A stretch of DNA of 64,000 nt from Pristiophorus japonicus. Lineage: Eukaryota. Under the pieces are notes generated by a model. It ran no database searches and was not told the origin of the DNA. It saw only the letters and a program-made list of their open reading frames with translations. Positions 22,499 to 35,100 of this stretch are shown one piece after another. A program made the translations under genes and the position numbers. The stretch is from assembly GCF_044704955.1 (NCBI RefSeq), contig NC_091992.1, positions 111,848,001 through 111,912,000 on the forward strand. The letters are read 5' to 3'. How positions within the stretch are numbered: the first letter of the stretch is position 1; every line of letters starts with the position of its first letter.

Positions 22499-23279
22499 TT
22501 TTCAAATGATGCTGCTCCTGGCATGTTCTTCTATAGTTTCCATTGAATCAGGATTAATCTCCTGGAATGGAGAGCTTCCTCTTTTTGAAGACAACATAAT
22601 ACTGGCAACATTTGCTTAGCTTGAGATTGTAGTAAAATGCTATCTTTGAAAACCAAGACCCTCTTGATTGGAGCACTGTTGGGCTGGCCTCATGAAATGA
22701 TGTACTTTGAATTGGGGAAAATGTTTGTTGAAATTGCGGGGGGTGGGGGGAGGCTAAACAACCTTCGCTGGGGTTCTGTTCAATCGCAAAATGTTGGATT
22801 TACTCTTCGCTGGCAAAGTGGCCAATAATGTTAGTGACTCTTGCAGCTGGCGGTCTTTGGCAAACAGACAGAAAGGGGGAACAGACAGAAAATCCACCTA
22901 TAATGTTTGACATGATAATTCACACAAGTGACCTGATGGTGTTTCAACACAATTTGCGTCATTGTTTGTGGGTGTTTACATACTCAAATCACCACTACTT
23001 CATGAAGGTGGTGGCCCTTTTTAGAAATAATTTCCATGATTACAGTAAACCTCCCACCTTTTTGTCTCCTCCAATGCCAATATACTTGCACAGTCAAATG
23101 TGTTGCAACTTTTGAAGTAATAGCTAACCATTACTTCCTCAACCCCCCTATGGTGAAAACCTAGAATCACTATGTTTTTCCATGAGGTGCAGCAGCATCA
23201 TCCCTCATCAGCTTCTCTTCAGGATACATCTCCTGTGTGGACAGAGGCCCGAAGTTTATGTTAAGATTAAGTTTATAAG

Positions 23280-23561
23280 ATATCTGCACTACTCTAATTC
23301 TGCCTTCTTGAGCATCCCTGATTATAATCGCTCAATCATCGGTGGCCGTGCCTTCAGCTGCCTGGGCCCCAAGCTCTGGAACTCCCTGCCTAAACCTCTC
23401 GACCTCTCTTTCCTCCTTTAAGACGCTCCTTTTGGTCATCTGCCCTAATTTCTTCTTTTGTGGCTTGGTGTCAAATTTTTGTCTTCTAACACTCCTGTGA
23501 AGTGCCTTGGGGTGTTTTACTACGTTAAAGGCGCTAAAGAAATACAAGTTGCAGTTGTTGT
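23280..23561 (+). mobile_element. L2-type LINE 3' fragment
   Basis: GGRAFSCLGPKLWNSLP and (TTG)n tail. Confidence 0.7.
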
Positions 23562-24107
23562 TGGCTCTCATCTTGTTGATCCTACTGTCCTCTCTTGTGA
23601 AATCAGTTCAACACTTAATGTTAGTAACATTTAAGTTAACTACTCGCTGTACCATCAGGAGGCTGAGCAAGATCATTCTGGTTTAATGTCGCTGATGTCA
23701 GCGATTTTGTTTTGCAATAAATTGGGGGGAGGTGGGGGGATGGCACATACTGTCCATGAAAGAAGAGCAACAAATACTTGCTTTCGTGTAGCATCTTATT
23801 GCAACTTTGAAATGTCTCAAAGCACTGATGCAAATAATTAGTTGAGCAGCGGATGTTATTTAGGATTCACTGCTGTTACGGGGGCGGGGGTGAGGGTGGG
23901 GATATGATCATTGCGCCTGGCCATCTTTTATTTTATTGTGATCAACTTAAACTATAATAATTGCATCTTATTAACTAATATTTATCCAGTGTTTTGGCTA
24001 ATCCATTACACAATTTTGCTCATATAATATCAGGGTAATACGCTTCTGAATGTATAGAATTGCTGAAGAGCAAATTGCAACTATTAGTATTTAATTTCTG
24101 CAGTGGA

Positions 24108-27100
24108 AGCGCGCAGAGTTCCGAGCAGATAGTCGTGATCCACCCTGTCGAACGCCTTCTCTTGGTCGAGAGATATGAAGGCAACTGACAGACCAGCCTC
24201 CTGGGAGTGATGGATGAGGTCCCTGGCCAGATGGATGTTACCGTGGATTGTCCGGCCCAGGACCATGTAGGACTGGTCGGGGTGGATCATGTGGTCCAGC
24301 ACGGCGCCAAGGCGAGCAGACATCACCCTGGCGAAGATTTTGTAGTCCGTGCTGAGGAGGGAGACCGGGCGCCAGTTCTTAAGTAGGCGGAGGTCGCCCT
24401 TCTTAGGCAGCAGGACGATGACTGCCCTGCGCCAAGAGAGGGGCATCTTCCCGGTCGCCAGACTTTCCCCCAGGGCCCGCGCGTAGTCGCCCCCCAGGAT
24501 GTCCCAGAATGCCCTGTGGAACTCCACGGTCAGCCCGTCCAGCCCCGGGGCTTTTCCCCTCGAGACCGCCGGTCAGCTCCACCAGGCTTAGCGGAGCTTC
24601 CAGATTTTCGGCGCCCTCCGGGCCGACCTTTGACAAGTCCTCCCACAAAACTCTACACACTTCCTCGCTGGACGGCTCCGGAGAGAACAGAGCCCCGTAA
24701 TATTCTCGGGCCCTGTTGCTGACGCCCTCCGGATCCGAGACGAGACAGCCGTCGTCGGCCAGCAGCGTCAAGAGCTGCTTACGGACACCCTGTCTTTTTT
24801 CCAGCGAGTAGAAGGGGGAACCGCGGTCCAGATCCCACAGGAACCGTATCCGCAACCTCACGAACGCGCCTCGGGACCCGACGAGCTGCAGGTCCTTCAG
24901 CGCGGCCTTCTTCGCTTCGTACACCGTCCGCAGGGCCGGGTCCTCGACGACTTGACCGAGACGGGATTCCAGGTCGAGCACCTCTTTTTCTAGGCGCCCG
25001 ACCCTGGCCGCCCGCCTCTTGGTCGACCCCCTCGCATACTCTTGACAGAAGACGCGGACGTGAGCCTTGCCCACGTCCCACCATAGCCTCAAGGAGGGGA
25101 AGCCCCCCTGCTTCCTTCTCCAGTCGGACCAGAATCGACGGAACGAGTCCTGGAACCGCTCGTCCTCCAGCAGCCGGTTGTTAAAGTGCCAGTACGCGGA
25201 CCCCGTCCTCGCGCGGAACGAAATGAGCTCCGCCCACACCAGGTGGTGGTCCGAACACGGCACCGGCCGCATGGAGGCCGCCAGGACACAGGAAACGTAC
25301 GCCCGAGGCATGTAAAGGCGGTCGACTCTGGACCATCCTCTTCCAGGCCTCACCCAAGTAAAGGCGCTGGAGTCGGGATGGAGATTTCGCCAGACGTCCA
25401 CCAAGTCGAAGGACCCGACCAGGTCCCTCAACTTCATGCTCTGCGGGGCACCGAAGTGGTCCCTCGCCTCGAGGGTGCAGTTAAAATCCCCCCCCCCCCG
25501 AGGACAATGCAGTCGCCGACGTCGACGGAGCCAAGAAGAGCGGACACCTCTTCGAAGAAGTGCGTTTGCTGCGGGCCGGGCTGAGGGGCGTACACGTTCA
25601 CGAGATGGAGCGGCACGTCCCCCAGGCGAACCGTGATGTGCAGCAAGCGGCCTGGCACGGGCTCCTCGACCCCCAAGATCTCCGGCTGAAAATGCGGGGC
25701 CAGCAAGATGGCTACCCCACAAGAAGTGGCGGTGAGGTGGCTCATGCGGACCTCTCCTTGCCATTCCAGGAGCCACGTGGCTTCGTCTCCCGGAACGGTG
25801 TGGGTTTCTTGCAGGAAGCACACCACATATTTCCCCTCCCGCAGGAGCGAAAAATTGTTAAATCTACGGCGTGCCTCTCTGCCACCGTTGATGTTGAGGC
25901 TGGCTATGGTTACCTTCATGACAAAAGCATAGTACAACCTCTACTTAACCTATTGTGGGGGGGGGGGGGGGGGGGGGGGGGGGAGTGGAGTCGTTTGTTG
26001 ACCTCTACTCCCTCAGCAACCCAGCGAGGAACGTTTTGATAAGGGCCCGCCCGCGGCCATGGTTTTAGCGGCGGCGCGGACGGACGCGACGAGCAGCCCC
26101 GGCTCGGACTATCTTTCCAGGGCCAGATGGGCTCGGTTGCGGCGACCCTGACTCTGGGCCAAAAAGTCCCGGAGTTCCTTTACAGGAATGAGGGGGGACT
26201 CAGCGGCGGGCACGAGGAGATCCACCGCCTCACTGGCGATGGACTCCAGATCTTCTCCCGCGTCCTCCACCGAGTCTCCGTCCCCCTCCGGGAGGTCGCC
26301 GCCAGCAGCCGGTCCGTCGACCGCACGAGGTACGGCAAACGGCCCGGCCGCTCCATCCGGCCCTGGCTCTGCCCCAATCCCACCCCCAGGATCGTCGGCA
26401 GAGGAGTCCCCACTGGGCTCTTTTAACTGTGGTGCCGGGTCAGGAAGCGGCAGTGGAAGGGGTTCCTCCTCCGCCCCAGGCACCGGGGAACATGGAGAGA
26501 CCTGGTCAAAGAAATGCTCCAGGTCCTCCAAGTCCCCCAGCTCCAAAGTTGGGGGCGAGGGTTGTTGTTCTTCCCCCTCCCCACCGCCACGCCCCGGCTC
26601 AGCATGTGCCGGTTCTTTAAAATTTTTTTAATTTTGTATTTCTGCCGGATTGAGCAAATCCTGGGGGAAGTTGGATAATGGCTGGGCGGGCTCAGGTTCG
26701 GCCTTCTCAGCCCCGCCCGCCTCAGTCCCCGGGACGCTCGACCCGGCGGCAATGCATTCCTCCGCCGGCCCCACGCCCCCCACGACAGGCAGATCTTCCT
26801 CGCCATCCCCGGGAGGCAGAGGCTGGGCAGCCTCGACTGTCTGACCCTCCCCGGGGACAGATCCCCCCCGCCTACGGCGTGGTTTGGGGGCGCTGGTGGG
26901 GGACGCGGGACACGCGGCGGGCACCGACTCCTCCGCGGAGGGATGTTGTTCCCCCTCCACCTCATTGGAGCGGTGCCTCCTTTTTTTTCTGGGGTGGGCG
27001 CGGAGGCAGGGAGACCTCCATGTCTGCCGATGCCTCCTGCTCTACTCCCCCCTTTTGCTTTTCTTGCCTGCGCCCGAGCCCCTCTGCGGTATTGGTCGAG

Positions 27101-28199
27101 GGCTCGGGCACGGGCTCAGGGCACCCCGCGCTCGCCAGTGACAGGGTTGGGCCGAGTGCAGTGATGGGACTGTCCGGCGCACTGAGGGGACCCGCCTCGA
27201 GGTGTTTAGTCTTCCTCCGCGCCTTCCTTCCGCCCGGATGCTCTCCCTTCCCCCCTGCCGGAGACCATGAAAACAAAGGCCCCCGACGATGCCCGCGCAC
27301 CCACGGCTCCCAGTACGCGGACGCTACTAGGGGGAGGGGTGGCGGCGGCGCCAGCCTTGGCCGCCTTCGGTGGCTTGGCGGCCTTGGAGGCGTGGCAGTT
27401 CTTACAAACGTGCCCCACCTCCCTACAGGCATGGCACCGCACGCCGTCCGACGTCCAGAAGACGCGGTAAGCGGTCACCTTGTGCACCACGCTGAAGGTG
27501 CCCTCCGTCGTCTCCTCCCGCGCCAGTCGGACAAAAGGCTGGCAGCGGAAGGAGAACACATGACGCAGGCTGGTCTCCCTGAGGCCGAGCAGTATCGGGT
27601 TAATCCCCGACCTTACCTCCCCCAGTTGATGTAGGTGGGGGAGCAGGAGCTCAGCAGGAACAAATCGCGGGACGTTCGAAAGAATGACCCTCTGCGCGGT
27701 GGCCTCGAGAGGATCCACCGGCAGGAACGTCCCACCCACCGTGGGCCCCTTTTCAAGGGCCAGGGACACCGCCCGCTCCGATCCCAGGAAGAACACAGCC
27801 TTCCCGGACATCTTGGAGGCTGCGACAATGGCCGAGGGGCCGACTACCCCAGCCATCGCCCGCACGCACTCCTCAATGGTCATAGTATGGTGAGTGTAGC
27901 TCTTGTCCCCATTTTTTTTTGTTATTAATCTGAAAGGTGACAGGGTAGCATACGTCTTTGCTGGCCCTGCCACCGGCGTGGATGGGGACGCCATCACCGG
28001 GTCCCTTTAAGGGCTACGCTCACCCCAAAGTCATAGGCCTTAAAGTCTTAACGGCCTCGTTAAAAGTTGAGCAGAGGGAGCTCTTAAAGAGGCACAGCTC
28101 TCCCCTGGTTAACAATTGGGGAGGGGCCTTGCTCCCTCTGCTCAGTTGTCTAAGATTTAATTAGGAGGAAAGAGGCTCTCAGAGAGGGAGGGGAGAGAC

Positions 28200-28239
<40 letters not shown>

Positions 28240-28541
28240 GAAAAAGGGAAGCTGTGAGGGCAGGTCTCCCCACACAATGATGGGTGGGTGTTGCTGGGGT
28301 GCACCCCCCAGATGGTAAGCAAAAACAAAGTCTTTTGGATGGTCTTCGGGTGGGGGGGGAGAAGATGTCTTCACCTGGGGCAGCTGGAGCTACCTAGGCA
28401 CAGCACTCCCAACGATGTTAATTGGTGTTACTAATGAGTCTTCAGCCAGATAGCTCCAGCTATCCCAGGCCAGGCAATGGGGGAGGGATACTTCAGTGGT
28501 GTGTGGGGCCTAGTTGTGGACAAGACCCCAACACACACTTT

Positions 28542-28576
<35 letters not shown>

Positions 28577-28920
28577 CGCGATGTTCCGGCCCTTTAAGTT
28601 ATCTTCTTTCTCCCCCCACCGATAAAACAAAGTCTTTAGGGAGTGCACCAGTTCACCCACCTGAAGAATGATAATGGCTCTCCCTCCTTCCACACTGGAT
28701 GGTTGTTGTTCTTTTCCCCCTCTCTCCAACTCTCTGCAGCAGTAGTAATGATGTTGTATTTCTTCTCTCCTCCTCTCCCTCTGGATGGTTTGATGTAGTA
28801 GCAAGCCCCTTCCTCCTCTTCCTGGGCTGTTCACAGGGTTTCTCCAGGCCTCAGGCAAGAGTTAAAGCAGGGAGCTCCTTCCTTCACTGCTCAGTGCTGC
28901 AAATGAACAGGCCATGCCTC
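24108..28920 (-). mobile_element. Tx1-clade LINE 5' part: 5' UTR, ORF1 (~27997-26109, CCHC knuckle), ORF2 endonuclease and partial RT (25937-24108)
   Basis: ORF1 CHACREVGHVCKNC; ORF2 SLNING, LQETH, GDFN, SDH, WRPVSLLSTDYKI and SLDQEKAFDRV. (GA)n and (CA)n tracts in the 5' UTR. Confidence 0.93.
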
Positions 28921-28968
28921 CAACAGCTCCAAACACCTGTGAGCATACTCACAGGTGCATACATTACA
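28921..28968 (-). repeat. 5' part of the solo LTR targeted by Tx1
   Basis: Minus TGTAATGTATGCACCTGTGAGTATGCTCACAGGTG...GAGCTGTTG, preceded by TSD TTTTC (28973-28969). Confidence 0.85.
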
Positions 28969-29842
28969 GAAAACACTTCACATTTTCTGACATGTTTCAA
29001 TATTTCAATATTATTATTTTCCTTATTATTTTCCACCTCCTTCTAACTCTCCAATGCACTTCCAACCAGGATTCACTTCTGTGCCAACTGAGATGAATAA
29101 ACCTGGAGTCAGACTATCTCCTCACAAAAACACCAAGCCGTGTGTTCTCACTACTCCAGTGCATCAAAGCTACAACTTCTCATTCGGAACAGAGGACTCT
29201 CATCACTAAAAGTAGCTTTTCATTAACGACTGGCAATTCTGTATAAAAGTCTCGGAATTATTTATGCATCACATCAGCACGGAAAGATTCTTGATCCACA
29301 GGAAATCTTAGTTACGAACGGGCTCAAGTGAAAGTGAGAGGCTGTTGGACTGGGTGCCTTACTACTTAAAAATAACAGGCCAAACCATCCACAACACTAA
29401 TAGCTATAGTGTACAACCGAGTATATTCTATTATGGAAGGGGTATTTTGAGTTGATTAAAGGACTCGTCTATAAGCATACTTTAATTGTCTCCCTGTATC
29501 CGATTGCACAGCAGTGCTTACTGAACCTTACACTGTAGTAGTTTCATTGACGATATCAAGAACCTCAGTGCCTTATAACACCAGGTTATTGCTGACAATG
29601 TGGTTAGTATGGCAGCCAGGAGGAAAAGAGTAAGGATTTAAAAAATAGATTGGGCACCTGTGCTTTAAGTCCAGTGGGTCAGTGAGTAGCCTGGTTCAGA
29701 AGGGCTGTGGGTTCAAGTCCCACTCCAGAGACTTGTGCACAAAAAAAATCTGCCCCATGCCCACAGAAACTCTGGATGTCTTACAACCCGGGGGGCGGAG
29801 GGCATGGGTTTGCCCCGGCCCTGCCCCCGACAATATTCTTAT

Positions 29843-30292
29843 CAGCCATGGCTCAGTGGGTAGCACACTCGCCTCCGAGTCAGAAGGTTGTAGGCTCAAG
29901 TCCCACTTCAGAGACGAGCACAATAATCCAGGCCAACACTGCGGTGCAGTACTGATGGAGTGCTGCACTGTCGGAGGTGCCATCTTTCGATGAGACGTTA
30001 AACCGTCTGCTCTCTCAGGTGGGCATAAAAGATCCCATGGCACTATTTCGAAGAAGAGCTGGGGAGTTATCCCCAGTGTCCTGACCAATATTTATGACTC
30101 AAGCAACATAACAAAAACAGATTATCTGGTCATTATCACAGTGCTGTTTGTGAGAGCTTGTGGTGCACAAATTGGCTGCCAAGTTTCCAACATTACAAAA
30201 GTGACTACACTTCAGAAATTGGCTGTAAAGCGCTTTGGAATGTCTGGTGGTCATGAAAGGCGCTAGATAAATGCAAGTCTTTCTTTCTTTCA
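29843..30292 (+). mobile_element. tRNA-derived Deu-domain SINE (SacSINE1-like)
   Basis: A/B-box head (TGGCTCAGTGG, GGCTCAAGTCCC), Deu core GTGCTGCACTGTCGGAGGTGCC...AAAAGATCCCATGGCACTATT, (TCTT)n tail. Confidence 0.85.
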
Positions 30293-30484
30293 TAACTTGC
30301 AGGACAAGGTATTCTTACCAAACGATAGTGTCTTTTCATCCCATTGGTCCATGTATTTACCTCTGAAGCACCTGATTTAAATTAAATCTACAGATAATGT
30401 AGCTTGAGTCAATCAGCATACTTCAACCGTTGACAATGTTGAACATTGCTCAATCACACTCAGATTAAAGTTAATATTTACTAT

Positions 30485-31128
30485 GGGCTAGAAATTGTGG
30501 TCGCAGGTGTACCTCCGGAGTACACAAAGAATTACAAATTGCCTCTTGGCACCCAGGTTGTGACAACTTGCGGTCTCAGGCCTCGAGGCAGAGGGCAGCG
30601 TAACGGCCCACGGAGCCCAGGGACATAGGCGTTGCGGACCACAAGGGCCCAGTCCTCCAATCACAAAGCAGAATTCCATTTTAACCATTTACGAAGGGAA
30701 TCCCCAAATCTAATAATTACACAGTACGATTTACAGAATTGGAATGTGATTCATAATTACCTTCAATCCACCAACCTCACTAAAAATTAAATTTTTTGAT
30801 AATTTTATACATTAAAACTGCCAATATTTGCATAAACTCATTTCATACAGTGTATGTGCATAAGTTAGGATATGAAAATATCCTAAGGCATGGCATAGAT
30901 ATCCCCTTTACACTGATGCAAACAGGCCCTGTGCCTGCTTCCATCAACCATAAGACTTCCGTGCGCAGTTAGTGGGCAAATAGCCCAACTCTGCGCCAGC
31001 GATTGCTTTCTCATGGCTCCCGCAGAGGGCCTGTCGACGTTTACTTTGATAGGCTGCAAGTTCCGGTTTGCAAAAATCCCAAACCTGCAACGGATTTTGA
31101 AAAGGAAAAACACAATAATTTCAGGACC
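30485..31128. mobile_element. Degenerate Harbinger-type MITE
   Basis: GGGCTAGAAATT ... AATTTCAGGACC imperfect TIRs with GC-rich subtermini; no clean TSD. Confidence 0.45.
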
Positions 31129-31367
31129 ATAATTTATGAAAAATCTGGTGTCAAATAGGATGCCACAATTATATTATAAGAAAGTAGTTGAGACTTTAAC
31201 ACATTTCACTTTAAACTGGTGTTATACTATTTAATAGTATACTGTAGTACATCAAGTTCGAATCTATTATGTTTGCCAATTAGTCTAAAGGCATGCATTT
31301 ACTGTTGACTGTGTAGTGTGGAGAAAACTGGACATTGAATAGCCAACAATGAGCAACAATGCGCACA

Positions 31368-32130
31368 CACATAGGATCACATTGGATATACGGCGCAGAA
31401 ACAGGCCATTCGGCACAACCAATCCATGCCGGCGTTTATGTTCCATTCACGCCTCCTCCAATCCTATCATCTTAACCCTCTATTCCCCTCTCCCTCATAT
31501 GCTTCTCTAACCTCCCCTTAAATGCATCTATACTATTCGCTTCAACCACTCTCTGTGGTGGCAAGTTCCACATTCTCACCACTCTCTGGGTAAAGAAGTT
31601 TCTTCTGAATTCCCCATTTGATTTCTTGGTGCCTATCTTATATTGATGGCCTCTGTTATGATTTTGATGGTCTCTGGTTATGCTCTTCCCCACAAGTAGA
31701 AACATTCTTTCTGTATCTACTGTATAAAAATCTTTCCTGATTTTAAAGATCTCTCTTGGGTTACCCCTCAGCCATCCCTTTTCAAGAGAAGAGAAAAGAG
31801 ACCCAGCCGGTTCAACCGTTCCCGATAGGTGTACTCTCGCATTTCTGGTATCATCCTTGTAAATCTTCTCTGCACCTTCTCCGGTGCCTTGATATCCTTT
31901 TTAGAATATGGCGACCAGAACTGTATGCAGTATTCCAAGTGTGGTCTACCCAAGGTTCGATACAAGTTAAGCATAACTTCCCTACTTTTCAATTCTATCC
32001 CTTTAGAAATAAACGCAAGTGCTTGGTTTGCTTTTTAAAAAAAAAATGTTAACCTGCGTCGGGTTACTTTGAGTGATTTGTACGCAGAGATCCCTTTGCT
32101 CCTCTACCCCGTTAAGATCCTTATTTATGT
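31368..32130 (-). mobile_element. CR1 LINE 3' fragment (older subfamily)
   Basis: RPHLEYCIQFWSPY and FRRNFFTQRVV motifs. Confidence 0.85.
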
Positions 32131-32199
32131 GTGCTACTTTTCGTCCAATCTCACCGCTGGGATTTTGACAGAGACAGCAGGTCCTACACATGTAGGCAT

Positions 32200-35100
32200 A
32201 TAAGAACATAAGAAATAGGAGCAGGAGTAGGCCGTACAGCCCCTTGAGCCTGCTCCGCCATTTAATAAGATCATGGCTGATCTGATCATGGACTCCGCTC
32301 CACTTCCCCGCCCGCTCCCCATAACCCCTTATCGTTTACGAAACTGTCTATTTCTGTCTTAAATTTATTTTATGTCCCAGCTTGAACAGCTCTCTGAGGC
32401 AGCGAATTCCACAGATTCACAACCCTCAGAGAAGAAATTTCTCCTCATCTCAGTTCTAAATAGGCGGCCCCTATTCTAAGATCATGCCCTCTAGTTCTAG
32501 TCTCCCCCATCAGTGGAAACATCCTCTCTGCATCCACCTTGTCAAGCCCACTCATAATCTTATATGTTTCGAGAAGATCACCTCTCATTCTTCTGAATTC
32601 CAATGATTGGAGGTCCAACCTACTCAATCTTTCCTCATAAGTCATCCCCAGAATCAACCTAGTGAACCTTCTCTGAACTGCCTCCAAAGCAAGCATATCC
32701 TTTTGTAAATATGGAAACCAAAACTGCACACAGTATTCCAGGTGTGGCCTCACCAATACCTGTATAACTGTAGCAAGACTTCCCTGCTTTTATACTCCAT
32801 CCCCTGTGCAATAAAGGCCAAGATTCCATTGGCCTTCCTGATCACTTGCTGTACCTGCATATTATCCTTCTGTGTTTCATGCACAAGTACCCCCAGGTCC
32901 CGCCTTACTGCAGCATTTTGCAATCTTTCTCCATTTAAATAATAACTTGCTCTTTGATTGTTTTTCTGCCAAAGTGCATGACCTCACACTTTCCAACATT
33001 ATATTCCATCCGCCAAATTTTTGCCCACTCACTTAGCCTGTCTCTGTCCTTTTGCAGCTTTTTTTGTGTACTCCTCACACATTGCTTTTCCTCCCATCTT
33101 TGGATCGTCAGCAAACTTGGCTACGTTACACTCAGTCCCTTCTTCCAAGTCGTTAATATAGATTGTAAATAGCACTGATTCCTGTGGCACCCCACTCGTT
33201 ACTGGTTGCCAACCAGTGAATGAACCATTTATCCTGACTCTCTGTTCCCTGTTAGCTAGCCAATCCCCCATCCATGCTAATATATTACCCCCAACCCCGT
33301 GAACTTTTAAAAACATAGAAACATAGAAAATAGGTGCAGGAGTAGGGCATTCGGCCCTTCAAACCTGCACCGCCATTCAATGAATTCATGGCTGAACATG
33401 CAACTTCAGGACCCTATTCCTGCTTTCTCACTATACCCCTTGATCCCCCGAGTAGTAAGGACTACATCTAACTCCTTTTTGAATATATTTAGTGAATTGG
33501 CCTCACCAACTTCCTGTGGTAGAGAATTCCACAGGTTCACCACTCTCTGGCTGAAGAATTTTCTCCTCATCTCGGTCCTAAATGGCTTATCCCTTATCCT
33601 TAGACTGTGACCCCTGGTTCTGGACTTCCCCAACATTGGGAACATTCTTAATGCATCTAACCTGTCTAAACCCCTGAGAATTTTAAACGTTTCAATGCGA
33701 TCCCCTCTCATTCTTCTGAACTCCAGTGAATACAAGCCCAGTTGATCCAGTCTTTCTTGATATGTCAGTCCCGCCATCCCGGGAATCAGTCTGGTGAACC
33801 TTCACTGCACTCCCTCAATAGCAAGAATGACCTTCTTCAAGTTAGGAGACCAAAACTGTACGCAATACTCCAGGTGTGGCCTCACCAAGGCCCTGTACAA
33901 CTGTAGCAACACCTCCCTGCCTCTGTACTCAAATCCCCTCGCTATGAAGGCCAACGTGCCATTTGTTTTCTTAACCGCCTGCTGTACCTGCAAGCCAACC
34001 TTCAATGACTGATGTACCATGACACCCAGGTCTCGTTGCACCTCCCCTTTTCCTAATCTGTCACCATTCAGATAATAGTCTGTCTCTCTGTTTCTACCAC
34101 CAAAGTGGATAACCTCACATTTATCCACATTAAACTTCATCTGCCATGCATTTGCCCACTCACCTAACCTATCCAAGTCACTCTGCAGCCTCATAGCATC
34201 CTCCTCGCAGCTCATACTGCCACCCAACTTAGTGTCATCCGCAAATTTGGAGATACTACATTTAATCCCCTCATCTAAATCATTAATGTACAATGTAAAC
34301 AGCTGGGGCCCCAGCACAGAACCTTGCGGTACCCCACTAGTCATTGCCTGCCATTCTGAAAAGTACCCATTTACTCCTACTCTTTGCTTCCTGTCTGCCA
34401 ACCAGTTCTCAATACACATCAGCACACTACCCCCAATCCCATGTGCTTTAACTTTGCACATTAATCTCTTGTGTGGGACCTTGTCGAAAGCCTTCTGAAA
34501 GTCCAAATACACCACATCAACTGGTTCTCCCTTGTCCACTCTACTGGAAACATCCTCAAAAAATTCCAGAAGATTTGTCAAGCATGATTTCCCTTTCACA
34601 AATCTATGCTGACTTGGACCCATCATGTCCCCTCTTTTCAAATGCGCTGCTATGACATCCTTAATAATTGATTCCATCATTTTACCCACTACCGATGTCA
34701 GGCTGACCGGTCTATAATTCTGTTTTCTCTCTCCCTCCTTTTTTTAAAAAGTGGGGTTACATTGGATCAGTTCCTATGGAGTGAAGGGTAGCCAGAGTCT
34801 ATGGAATGTTGGAAAATGACTGTCAATGCATCCGTTATTTCCAAGGCCACCTCCTTAAGTACTCTGGGATGCAGACCATCAGGCCCTGGGAATTTATCGG
34901 CCTTCAATCCCATCAATTTCCCCAACACAATTTCCCGACTAATAAGGATTTCCCTCAGTTCCTCCTTCTTACTAGACCCTCTGACCCCTTTTATATCCGG
35001 AAGGTTGTTTGTGTCCTCCTTAGTGAATACCGAACCAAAGTACTTGTTCAATTGGTCTGCCATTTCTTTGTTCCCCGTTATGACTTCCCCTGATTCTGAC

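Noticed and set aside
20765-28920. Twin-priming 5' inversion of Tx1, or two independent Tx1 insertions
   Set aside because: The flipped block includes LTR, RTE, L2 and unique flanking DNA, and the shared LTR TSD indicates one insertion that was inverted later.
29843-29910. tRNA genes (also ~42895, ~54400, ~63296)
   Set aside because: Degenerate tRNA-like heads continuing into SINE bodies.
30319-30371. 53-nt minus-strand candidate exon
   Set aside because: Good donor but a weak polypyrimidine tract and no recognisable peptide.
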